From Haliotis cracherodii (lineage: Eukaryota), in NCBI RefSeq assembly GCF_022045235.1, contig NW_027266264.1, forward strand, positions 49,352,001-49,416,000: DNA of 64,000 nucleotides, given 5' to 3'. The notes under the pieces were generated by a model. That model ran no database searches, was not told the origin of the DNA, and worked only from the letters and a program-made list of their open reading frames with translations. Of this stretch, positions 38,929 through 51,362 are shown piece by piece. A program made the position numbers and the translations under genes. Position 1 is the first letter of the stretch. Every line of letters begins with the position of its first letter.

Positions 38929-39195
38929 GACCCGTGAAGATTCCGGGGTAGAATAGGTCTTCAGCAACCCATGCTTGCCGTAAAAGGCGACTATGCTTGT
39001 CGTAAAAGGCGACTAACGGGATCGGGTGGTCAGGTTCGCTGACGTGGTTGATCCCAATTGATCCCAATTGCGTGGATCGATGCTCATAATGTCAATCACT
39101 GGATTGTCTGGTCCAGACTCGATTATTTACAGACCGCCGTCATATAGCTGGAATATTGCTGAGTGCGGCGTTAAACAACAAACCAACCAACCAAA
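38929..39195 (+). mobile_element. SINE family A (non-tRNA head GACCCGTGAAG...), full-length copy
   Basis: 14-bp TSD gcctttaagtatac; (CAA/CAAA/CCAA)n tail; at least 13 related copies in the window. Confidence 0.92.
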
Positions 39196-39426
39196 GCCTT
39201 TAAGTATACACTGAAATGATTTCACAGCAGTCAACGACATGCACATGCGCAGTTCGGCCTTCTTCTGCCTACACTCTCTTCTCGTGATGTAAATCGTGTG
39301 TCATATATTACACCCATAACTTAATATGTGCAATAATGTATATTCCTGTCGCTCGGCCTCGGGCTATCTGTGTGAGAAATAATAATGTATTTGAGTTTAA
39401 CAAATCTTCTGAGGTCAAAAGAATTT

Positions 39427-39706
39427 GGGGGCACGGGTGGCCCAGTCGTCTAAGGCGCCGCGATTCGCTGTGCAGAGTTGCGTCCCTTGGGCGCGCCAGA
39501 AACCTATGATTGTGGGTTCGAATCCCGGTTCGCCCCGATTATGTTTCTAGGTTTGTCAGCACCATACCCGTGCTCGTGGGTTTCACCGAAGTGGTAACCG
39601 TCTGAGACCTGCATCACTTTGCGCTTTCCTCCCACATTAAGCTGACACGCCGTGATATAACTGGAATAAGGTTAAAAGCGGCGCAAAACCCAACTCACTC
39701 ACTCAC
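39427..39706 (+). mobile_element. SINE family B: tRNA(Leu/Ser)-like head, V-SINE-like core, shared tail; full-length
   Basis: A box tggcccagtcgtctaagg, B box ggttcgaatccc, core gtgggtttcaccg...tttcctcccaca, tail (ctca)n; TSD tcaaaagaattt. Confidence 0.88.
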
Positions 39707-41104
39707 TCAAAAGAATTTATAGACCAGAACTGCGGCGTCTCTTCGTTCTGGTCTTGTTGATGTGAGTAGTTTGCACCCCTGTTTAATATAATAGACAGAC
39801 CCATCCTTCATGTCGGTCATGTTTTTTTTGATATCTAAAAAAAATAATGGTTGGACTATTGTCTAGTTTTTTATTATAAATTATCCTTACTTATTTTTAT
39901 ACGAAAGGTATCTTTGCTGTCCAATTATCGACACCAATGCACATGTATCTTTTTACTCGATTCTCCACTTGTCTTGTATTATATATTACTAAAAAATACC
40001 AAACGGTGATGTTTAGTCTATGACCTGTCGGAATTCTGATTCACAATAAAGAAACCAAATCGGTAAATAAATGGCCCCTTTCGGGGTTTTACGCTTGTCC
40101 TATTCAGTGTAAGACATAAGTTTTGAAATTATAGTTTGTAGGTTTTGAATTTAAATATACTTCATTAATCCTGTCACGGTGCACTAAATTGTAATTGGAC
40201 CCTCTCGGGTGATGATCTTCATTCCCGACTTTATTATATTCTTCAGCGTGAAAGACTGAGTTTTCTGAAGTTGAGAAAAATGATATTTTCATTGCAGTGA
40301 ACATAATACTTGATATTTCACTACAGCGAACATAACATGCTCTTGATATTTCACTGCAATGAACATAATACTTTGACGGAACTATTGTCATACAAGAGTT
40401 CCCGCCCCTTAAGTATTCTCCCTTTGGCGTATGTGTCTGACCCGTACACAAACTGTTGGCGTCCTATTTACGTTAGTTCTACATTGACAAGGCTAAATAA
40501 TGACAGATGGTCATTTGTGGAGTAAACATCACGTCTTACCATTTGTTATTCGCTAGAAAATGTTTCGTTATAAACTGTAATTGTCACATTTAACTCGTCA
40601 ATGGGGACTGTTCGTTCCCCAAAGCACAATATACTTGAAAAACGTGTATTCTTTCCCTTCAAACAGCGGTCTCCTAGTTTTCAAGAATATTGTTGAAGTT
40701 GATTTTGGATATAATTAAATTGAAATGTATGATAAAAAAATTTCGTGACACTAAATATTTTTGTTATACTTCTGTTCGTATTTTGTAAGATTTTGCAAAC
40801 ACGAAAGTACTTTTTAAGTACAGATGTAAATACATGGGGTGGTAACCGTCCCTGTGTGTTAGGTAGGGAGAATTTGCGTTTGTAATGAAATAATTTAAAT
40901 TTCCGGAAGACAACTACACAAAATGTATATAATAAAAAGCATATTCCATATGTCTCGTGAAAATATCACGTTTCCCTCAACTCGTGACGGGGTAAAAGGA
41001 GATGTTTTCACTTGTGGCTACGTCACTCGTGAAAATATCTCCTTTCTCCAGGTCACTCGATGAGAAAAAACATGATATTTCACTCGATACATGAAATATC
41101 CTCT

Positions 41105-41545
41105 ATTTATTACCCATGGGGTTACAAATAACCTATTCATTAGAACCGTATGTATATTTGGGCAGATATCACTTCTCGCGCACCAGTGTATACTTTCCGT
41201 CATCCGGATGGCATTGTTGACGTCATTCGAATCTTTTTCCGATATAATCGGAATGACGTTATATTACACTAGAAACCACGTCAAAGATTGTTGACGTCAT
41301 TCGACCAATTGTGGTTTTCAAGGACAGCGGTGGTGATCACGGCATGTTTCTAAATGGGGGCTCAAAAGGACTTCGAAATATTGGCTAATAAAGAACTTAC
41401 ACTCACATGTGTGTCATACAAAAACAAATTTTACGAAACTCGTCAAAGAATTCATGTACATTTGTATTACCCTCGCTCTTGCTCGATAAATACACGAATT
41501 CTGACACTCGTTTCGTACACATACTCGTAAACTAATCTGTATTCT
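41105..41545. mobile_element. Unclassified non-autonomous dispersed element (second copy ~55175-55560)
   Basis: Collinear similarity between the two loci (cccat..ggttacaaataac ... ggggctcaaaagga ... catgtgtgtcatac ... gacactc). Confidence 0.6.
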
Positions 41546-42329
41546 TACCCACGTGGTGAAGATACAGATGGTAAGATACTAAATCACTACGTCACATGTG
41601 TGCCGTACAAGGTTGGCCTTCTTTTATTCGTTTTGATTGGATAACCGTGACCTCTGTAACACCGGGACTACTTTTTTCATTCATGAAAAAAACACGAGAC
41701 GTCATTCATTTTGCAACTACAAAGCAGAACTGAAGCAATCTCATGAGAGCGAGAGATATTTACAAACACTTTATAAAGCCACACAAGATAGTCACGCGCA
41801 TCAAATTCGGGTTGCATTCTATATTAGTTAAGCATGGGGCTTTAACAGACACCATATAATCGAGTTATATCCATTTACAATGTACGACTACCTCAATAGA
41901 TCGAGGGTCCCGATGAGCGTGACGCACTTTCGCAACTTTCAATTTGATTTAACGTAAAAGGGTAAGCGTGGTGAAATGAAGTCAGTTTAATCTATCTGGA
42001 CAGATATCTAGACTTACTTGGGATGATCCGGTTGTGCAATCAGTGTCCTCTTCGAAGCGCATCTTGTGGCACTGTTTCTGGAGTTTTTTGTTCACGACTG
42101 CACGACCAGATCACTCAAAGTGAACATTTCGATACAAATCATTCGAAAACTCCGTAGAAGTGTGCCTGATTTCTGATTATGTGGCCCAAAATTTCCCAAG
42201 ATGTAAACAATAACATTCCCTATCTCTAGAAGAGAAGATCACGGTTGTCTTTTCTTATTCCGGTGGTGACATTGCCCTTCGTTTGACATGCAAGTAAACT
42301 AGGAGTTTGTTGATTTTCACGTCTTCAGT

Positions 42330-42892
42330 ATGGGTACAGTTAAGATAAATGTCTTTGGCGAACACTCTGATTTCCTCTTCCAAATTGGTACGGACAGGAT
42401 ATAAATTCGGCTGATAGACCAAAAAAACGAACCATTTTGACTGCACAGACGGGACCCCGGCAGTGCGAGTGAAAGACTGTTGATCCGATATTCAAAGCGC
42501 GGCGCTAATGTGACTTTTCAAATTTTCACAACTGCAATATGTTGTTTATGCGTATGCATAGAAATGTCAACAATGCCCTATTTGGGAATATATCAATATT
42601 CATGCACCGAAACACGGTGCTCGTCAATCACACTGGCGCTGCGTCAACATGACGGAAGCTTGGTCCGCGTGTCGTCAAGGCGTTAAGGCAAAGCCGTCAC
42701 AAACCTTCACTCAAATCTGCCTACAGCGCAAGGAATAATCGTAAGACTTCATACAGACGTGATGTTCACCATTTCAGAGAAGTCGCAATTCCCATTCGAC
42801 ACCACTCTAATCTTTCCGTATCGAATCTGTCCGGAGTACGGGTGAATGTTCTCTCGTTTTGGTGGCAACGTGATGTCTCCAGAGAATCAGCT
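42330..42892 (-). pseudogene. Highly degenerate P2X7 C-terminal ('ballast'/Zcd)-like coding remnant, possibly from a Kolobok-type transposon
   Basis: With frameshifts: ERLEWCR(x)GNCDFSEMVN ... KWFVFLVYQ/FISCPYQFGRGNQ. Resembles WC.CGNC ... YR.F..W....LGRGNR. Confidence 0.35.
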
Positions 42893-44242
42893 CTGATGTA
42901 CAAAGACAACAGTCGTTATCAGTATTCGAGAACATACATAATTATACGACTTTAACTCTCAGAAAACACAAGCATAACAATGAACGGCGTTTCCAGGTGA
43001 GACATACTCGGGCTTTTGCTGCTGGTCGTGTCATTCCAAGACCAGCCTTCTCCAAGGTTACGGGAAGGGACATCCGGTGACGAAGTTCTACCTCAGTCTC
43101 CGTGGAGAGTTCTCCGAGCGGCACCTACACAGTACGCGTTCGCAGACACATTGAGAAGGAATACCAAACTTCAATATCTATCCTCAAGATAGACAATTTG
43201 ATAATTAAATAGTTCACACTAAGTCATAAACTTTAAATAAATAGTCCCCATCCTCTAAACCGCCTCCGTGGTCTGGTGGTGGGGCGTCCGCCCGGAGAGC
43301 GGAAGGTCGGGGGCCGTGTACATAGTCATCCGGTAAACAAATCTGCCATAATAGTTGAATAAGTGTGTTTTTGTTTTCATTGATTAACATATTCGCGCTT
43401 GTTATCACGAGATTTATTACGTCACGATAGCAAGACCTGCCAGGGAAAGATAGACACGGAAATCTCCGTGATACTATAAAGCTACAAAATACCATAATTT
43501 GAAAGGTGAGTTCCATGTCAAGTAAAGACACGTGTTCTACAGTGTCACAAGAGTAATCACCAACATCCTTTTAGTTTCACTCCACGGAGAAAATCCGTAA
43601 AAGTCACACATAATATCGCACGTTTGATGTCTCTCTCAGGATTTAAAAACTACCGGGCGAAAGAAAGTATTCACTTGAAAACTGGATTTGACCAAACAAT
43701 TACAAACGTTATCGAAAGGTCCCTAGGATGAAAACAGTCGCCGAAACACTCCCACCCAAAGGCCCAAAACAACGGTGATACCCATAAAAAAAAATATATT
43801 ACCATAGAATATAACCATTGTTTATTTCTTTTTCAGCCACCGTCAAACGTGGTTTTTGTCTTTTGCCCGCCAGTTTATGTCTATGTTTATTATCGGACAC
43901 TGGAAATGGGCTTTACACATTTTACCTATGCTACTTTTACCTATAAGAAGTTACATAATCATACGTGACTTTATTAAACAGCATACTAATATCTTAAGTT
44001 CAGACAGGGTTTTGTCTCTTTTATTTACATATGATATATTTTGTGAAAATTATTAGTTCATCCGTATCAAGAAAATGTTAAGTTATGGAAGAAACGAATG
44101 GCCAGAATTTAAAATGTTACACTATCCGCGCGTATTACATAAACGTTTCCAGGCTGATCCCCATTGTAAGAAAGAATATACACTGATATGATGCATGATA
44201 GACACAATTTTATGGATAACAACTTCCTCAATACTGTGAAAA

Positions 44243-44282
44243 GCGACGTTTCGGTATAGATCCTTATACCGTTGTCAAACAA
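44243..44282 (-). ncRNA. Degenerate Penelope-type minimal hammerhead ribozyme motif
   Basis: The - strand reads UUGACAA-C-GGUAUA(aggauc)UAUACC-GAAA-CG-UC: U3-A8 variant core, 6-bp stem II, palindromic ACGU stem III; stem I is decayed. Confidence 0.45.
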
Positions 44283-45323
44283 GACTGAATGAGGGACATA
44301 GTACAGAATATATATAGTAGGTGGAGGATTAACAGTAGAGGATTAACAGTAACAACAATAGCATACATGAGTGGGATAACATGTCCTCCACCTACTATAT
44401 ATATCCTGCACTATGTCCCTCATCTTGTCATCCGTCAACTTCTATGTAATGCCTATCAAACAATTTGATATGATGCATGTAATATCGCCTATGAGACCCG
44501 TATCAAATACATCTCCATCGAATAACCCTTCCTTGTTTGTTTCATTATTAGAAGCCACCAAACATATTTTGCTTTACCCGACAGCCTATGTAGGAATACT
44601 TTCTCTTGTCCAAATGGTAATATTTAATTCCCCTTAAGTTAAGAACACAGTATAATTTGACAGAAGACTTCGAGCTTGATAAGTTAATTTCTTTGTTTAT
44701 CAAAGGAAAATATGAGTAGTATTTATATGGCAGTCCTAGATGAATTCTGCGGTAAAATATTCAACTTTCTGCGGTAAAATTACCAAACTGTGCGGTAAAG
44801 TTACCAAACTGTGCGGTAAAAACAACCATTTCCACCTAAGTTGTTTTTTATATAACTCATTTTTCGAAAAATCGAATCCAAACCCGAAACGAAGCAATTC
44901 CTCAAACGGTCACTAAAACAGTTATCATTGCATAAGGCATACAAATATGCAAGCACTTCTGCGTAGTGTCACCGATATTTCTTTTTGGTTAGATGTAAAC
45001 TTAGTTAATGTTATCAAGACACACCACAAAAACGTTTAAAAGTGAGAATTATTTTTTTAAAGATTCGTTTGCAGGATTTATATTTTTATGTTTGAATCAC
45101 ATGTTAAAGGTTTGGGCATCATTTGGGAAAACAATCGATAGAAGAGCTTGGAAATCATGAACATTTGTGTATTGATTGATATTAAAAAGGTGAATTCCGG
45201 GTTTTTGTCTAATTCTGCGCTGAGTTATATTTTCTCCAAATCTGTGAGGTGACGTGTTACGTGATCTTATACGGAGACCGTGTGTACATCCATCTGTAGG
45301 GCGGACATCAACCAAACGTCAGG

Positions 45324-45569
45324 GTTTGTTTGTTTGTTGTTTTTAACGTCGCACTCAGCAATTTACCAGCTATATGATGGCGGTCTGGAAATAATCCAGT
45401 CTGGACCAGACAATCCAGTGATTGACATCATGAGCATCGATCCACGCAACTGGGATACGATGACATGCGTCAACTAAGTCAGCGACCCTGACCACCCGGT
45501 CTCATTAGTCGCCTCTTACGACAGGCATGGGTTGCTGAAGACCAAGTCTTACCCGGATCTTCACGGGTC
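45324..45569 (-). mobile_element. SINE family A copy (single gtcgtaagaggcgac module)
   Basis: Reverse-complement match to the family from tail to head. Confidence 0.88.
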
Positions 45570-46863
45570 GTTCCAGATGAACCGATTCAGAACATGTTAT
45601 TTTTCATAAGCGTGTTAGCTGCGTGGTCCGTATTCAACAGCTTACACGAGTGCTGTGGACATTATGCATTCGCACTATGAATCTCGCACCACGCATTACT
45701 AACTACTAACCCGGATCTACACGGATTAGATTCAGGTTGTCCTGTTCCGTGGTTATGTAGCCGACACGTAAGGGGACTCGTGAAACTGTCGATAAAGTTA
45801 ATTATTTATTTGGATATCACCACTCGACTTCTTGAAACTACATTTCAGAAACATCAGTGTCTATTTGAACGTTAAACTTCATACATCAAACGAACATTAT
45901 ACAAATAATTTCCTCAATTTAAATCAATGTAGAGAAATTGGCTCAGAAACGTCCACCAGAAAAGAGAGTGAAGATACGAGAGAATTACCAATGAGTGGAA
46001 ACAATTTATTTAGTACTGTCCAGGCCCAACTAAAACCCAAGCTGATTTTGCGCATAAAGACATATATTTTGTTGTTGTAAATGCATACATAAGCGGTCAT
46101 TTTTGTGTCGCGAAACTAACAGCTTATCCAATACCAATATTTAGCGTTCGCTATTGAAAACGAACAGATGTAGCAATTATTTTTGGTGTGTTTTGTTTGT
46201 TATTCAACGCCGCATTTAGCAATAGTCCAGCTATATGGCGGCGGCATGAAAATAATCGATTCTGGACCAGACAATCCAGGGATCGATATTGTGAGCAACG
46301 ATCCACGCCGTCGGGAACGAAAACACAACCCAGTCACCGAGTCTGACCACCGATCCTTTTGGTCGCTAGTGACCCATTCTAATTTGGAATCCACACGAGG
46401 TTGTTTGTAATAAATGGAAAGATTAAAAAAGGTTACACGGCACAAAATTGTTAATGCTGCCAAACTCGGACGAAGAAACATGTGGTCACTTGTGTCCGGA
46501 AACCATATAATTGATAAACGATGTCCTTGACAAAAAAAAAGATAAAGTCTATAGCACATGGATGAAGCGCTTCTGAAATATAGAACAATCAGTTAAAAGG
46601 ATCGAACTTATTATAAATTTTTCATCAAATATATCTAACTGTATACAACATGTAATGCCGGTCTAAATGCTAATCCTGTAAATTTCTGTTTTCATCTATT
46701 TTGTTATCAAATGACGATCGAAATATAGATATAAATGTGAAGTAATTTTGTTCGCTTCAAATCTTAACAGGGCTGAGCGGAAACTGTCGATGTTATCCGA
46801 TTGTACAACGAAGGGGAGTAACTCTAAACGGTCAGATAACCGACCGGAAACGATCGTTGTGCG

Positions 46864-49800
46864 ATGGCGGACTTAGAAGAAGGTGAAATAGCCGACTCTG
46901 ACTCAGAAGTGCCTGCAGCTGCTGTCACAGGCAATAACGTGCGTTTATATTTTTGGATTACATAAGCTGTCGTTTATGTTCAGTGCTTGGTCGTCGCGTA
47001 TCATTTGGTTAACTTTTAACTGAAAATACGATTCTTCATCTGCTGTTCACATATGCACGTGACAAATGAAAACAATGCTGACTGTAGCATACTACCACCA
47101 AATAAAATGCTTGACTACTGCTTCGTTTACAAAATTCTGGGAATGGATAGTTTAAAACAACCTGTTCAACATGGTTCAAAACAGTATACGAACATATTTG
47201 TTCGCAGGTGGACGTATGTATTGTAAGTCTGACGATCCATATACGTTCACTAAATGACAATGGTTGCACCAAGCATATAAGCAAGGTAGTATCTGAAAGC
47301 ATTGCGAAATGTCAGTAAAGGTTTCCACGCTGTCACAACTACGTTCATCCACTTGTGAATAAGAACGGTGGTTATTTCACCCATGTGGATTACAGTGACA
47401 TGGACAAAATGGCTGATGTTGTCTTTGTACCTCAACAAAATTGGATGTTCAATCCATCATGTTGCTTATATAATCAATCACTGGATTGTCTTTTCAAGAC
47501 TGTGTTATCTTCAGGCGATTGTCATGGTCATATGGTTGGAATATTGCCAAGTAAGGTGTTAGACAAACAGTAGTAAACTACTAGTAGATGAGTGGCCACA
47601 GACTAGACATGATCATGAGGATAGGATTTGAGATTTTGAGATGCAGAAAATTTTATTGCTTCGTTCACTTAGAACTGAGAATTTTGAAACCTGGCGCTGA
47701 TTGGCTAATTATAAAGTTCACTTGACGCAATGATGTTAATGATGTTTTTGTGGTGTTCAGCACACATCATTACATGATTAGAGCATGTACATGTTATCAT
47801 GCTTATCATCCCATCATCATGATCATGAAACTAGTTTGGAATGAAATGTTGCTAGAAGCAATCTCATTTTAATCAGATCTTTTACTCTTGTATGCTTTGA
47901 GAGAGAGGGAAATCTGTAAACCAAATAATGAACAAATGAATGCTTAATCATTAAGATCATATTCACATTTTGCACTGTGGGCATACAAAATTACGATTTT
48001 CAGATTTGATAATAATTATATGGATATTATTTGTTTCTGCAGGTGTACAGTTTTGGTCAATCCTCATCCGTGCCATCTAATCTCAACCAAACCAAACCAC
48101 AGGGCTTCAGCTTCTCACGGCACAGAGATTCACCAACCCCGGCTGACTCCTTTGGACACCGTAGTTCTGCAAGGAATAGTAACAGCTCCGATGACTCAAT
48201 TGACACCAGTGATGAAGACTCCCCATTGTGGAACTGCAAGAGAACCAAATACCTCAATAAGCTCAAAATGGAAGGGATTGATGCATCCAGGAGTCAGTCC
48301 CCCCAGTTCCTCAATCCCTTGCGGGACAGACACAGATCATCACCAGTGCTTCAGTCACCCCCCAAGAAGAAGACAAACAACATCTGGGGCTCTGTGCTGC
48401 AGGAGCAGTCTCTGACACAGAACATGGTCAGTTTTGGTGTTGACAAGGAAGACTCTGATGACGACCTTGACACTCAGGACCGTAGTGTAGAGAGTTATAA
48501 CTACAAAAAGGCTCGTGAAGATCCGAGACCTTTTGCCCGTGAGGAGGAAGATGAAATGGATAGGTCTGATGATGAACTATTTGGTGGGGTGGTAGATTTA
48601 GACCCAGATGAAGAGGCCAAGAACAGAGAGAGAAAGAAACGGAAGCGGAAACGTCCCGTGAAAGACAGAATTGGTGATCGGTCTAATCTTGATAGGTTAG
48701 GGGAGAAGTTGATGCGTGAACATAGACACAAATCCAAGGGGTCAGTCAAAGGCCGTCTTGGTTCAAACTCAGGGAAATACAAGTCTAACTATCAAGGGCC
48801 AAGACCCAGGCCGAATGTCAGTGTGTCAGAGGAGGACCCAGTGCCAGTGGTTGTAGATGCTATTGTGGAGGTTCTTGATGAACCTAAAATTGATCTCATA
48901 AGTATGTGCTTTGAATCTTCATTTTCATGAATAACTGGATAATCTTAGATATTAGCATGATTAGTTCTAGTATCAGAGTATTACTGACTTAGATTAAAAG
49001 GCCATGGTATGTGGAAATGGGTTTGCACTGATTCATCCAAAAGAGATGCTAATGTTTTATTTAGACTGAAAGTAAACAATGGACTGAAATACATGGAATA
49101 ACTATGAGGTTGTTGTTTTGTGAGAGGTTCATTTTAGAGCATAATCTTTAGAAATCATTCTTCTAGTTAAGGGGTTATGAACATGGTAGATATACCCTTT
49201 CAATCAATCCAATTAATTTCCTGTTCCTGTTCGTCGAGCCGATTCCAGGGAAACTAGGTCACCCAAAATTCAGATTTATTTGTAATTATGGGAAGAGCTT
49301 AGGTTGTGGGGATCAGGTTGTGACCTAGCTGATTGTCATCATGCCCCAATGGCATTGATTATTGATCATGCCACCAATCACTGGCAGTGGTCAATCTCAT
49401 TAAAATCAGATGTTAGTTCTCACTATCGCTAAACAAAGATCTGAGGACATCCCATTACGTGTCATCCGACCAATCAAAGCGTCGCTTACCAGGTCAAGAA
49501 AGTGATGGTCGGAATGTGTTTTTTAATCATGCAACCTCGGAAACGATAACACAGGGTATTACGAACGCCAGTTACGGCGCGTACGACTGATTCCGTCTGT
49601 CTCTCGTTTCCGTGGTATACACTTTTGAATGGAGGAGGCATTACACAGTACGTGGGAAGCACTGCCATACAATCTCAATCATATATTAGATATTCCGGAA
49701 TGTTCGTTTGTTCAGTTTTCACAGTTTTAATCAAGAACTGCGCCAACATATTTTTCTAGCATAGTCTGAAATGGAAGTCGCCGGGTTGAGACGAGTTCCG

Positions 49801-51362
49801 TATAGCTCTTGAAAGCTGCGTTCTAATTGGCTGATGTCGACTTCTTGTTAGTCGTTTCAGTGGTCCGTCAAAGTTCATGAAAGGTCGTTTTGATGTGACC
49901 CGTAATGGGATGTCCACAGATCTTTGTTTAGCGGCAACGAGAACTTAGATCTGATTTTAATGAGATTGGGCAGTGGTGGGAATGTTACTGACTGTAAAAT
50001 AACATTCACTTACTAACTCTTGTTCTTTTGACATTGTTTACTGGTAATTTCCTTGTTCTACTTTCCAGCTCGGATTGTGAAGCGACTCGGTCAGAAGAAG
50101 AGCATCCAGCTCCTCCGCCAGACCGAAGATGTAGAGGACCACGGGGGAATGCTGGTTAAGGTAAGAATAAAGCTGTGCACACCAGGGATAGACACCATTA
50201 GTCAAGTCCAGTTTGTCTGCAGCTCATTTAGGACTAGTGGTTTATGTAAAATCACCAGATGTTAATAGAAAGCAACTAGACACTCTGGATTTGTACCAGT
50301 CTCAGACTAACAAACAATGGGCAGTGTCTAACTCTGGAACTGCATTGCTCATAAAATTCATTGCTCATTAAACCTTTTGCCGTGCCAGCGTCTGTTTTTC
50401 AGGGTTTGGGCATGGGTGGCTGCTGTGCAGAGTTGCGTCCCTTGGGCTCGCCACAAACCTGTTATTGTGGGTTTGAATCCCGGTTCACCCCCAATGTTTT
50501 GTTTTGTCACACAATCTCCATTGTGTTGTGTCTGTGTTGCAGGATGGTAGTCGGCGCCGTAGTCCCGGTGGGGTGTTTTTACAGTTGTTCAAGTCGGACT
50601 CAGACGTTACAAAGGCTGACATAGACTATGTCTTTGAGGAAAATGACAAGATGTACATTGAACATATCAGGAGAAAGAAGTCAGTAAATCTGTACTGGAA
50701 TGCAGTCGCTTTCTGTAGCAAATGTATCAGATCATAGTTGTATGCATCCTGTTCACTTATCCTTGAACAATTATAAAAGAAATCAAGCCTATTTCTTTAG
50801 GCATTATCAATATCAGTGTATCATGTTTGACTGTTTATTGTATTGCTTTGCAGAATAAAATACAATACAAGAAATAGTTTTGAAATACAGGTTTGATTGA
50901 TATTACAGTGTTTAAAACTTTTTTCTTTGTAGTTTTGTAGAAACTGAACAATACTATTACTAACTCCAGTTCTTTTGACCAAAAATTGACATACATTGTT
51001 GACATGGTTGTTATTTCAGTGCTGAGAAGAAAGCGAGGAAGAGACGGACACGCCAAGAGAAGAGAATCCAGGAAGCACGGCAGTTAGGTGGCATGAACGG
51101 CGAGACATCCAACAATAACCACGAACGCCAAAATAACAGTGCCAGTATGCAAATGGACCCTGACCATAGTAACGGTTTCCACAGAGAGAGTGACAGTGAT
51201 AACAGCAGTGTGTCAGAAGGGGAGATAACTCCTGACACCTCTGGTGAGAGGGAGCGCCTTAACACTGGCAGCCATCAGGGAGGCACGTCCGTGGTCAGTG
51301 GAGGGGAGGGGGAGGAGGATATGCTGACCATCACTGTGGATGAGGAGGATACAATTGAGTGA
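46864..51362 (+). CDS. PHAX: Phosphorylated adapter RNA export protein, 5 exons, 501 aa
   Basis: Exons 46864-46938, 48043-48901, 50069-50160, 50543-50679, 51020-51362 are in phase (1506 nt). N-terminal MADLEEGEIADSD, conserved NNIWGSVLQEQ, RSVESYNY, and RNA-binding domain GGMLVKDGSRRRSPGGVFLQLFK. Confidence 0.93.
49392..49968. mobile_element. Mutator-like MITE, copy 2 (PHAX intron 2; different internal sequence)
   Basis: Same TIRs; TSD ggcagtggt. Confidence 0.9.

Noticed and set aside
39427-39540. tRNA gene
   Set aside because: A/B boxes are present but there is no canonical anticodon arm; it continues into a SINE body with a TSD and several dispersed copies.
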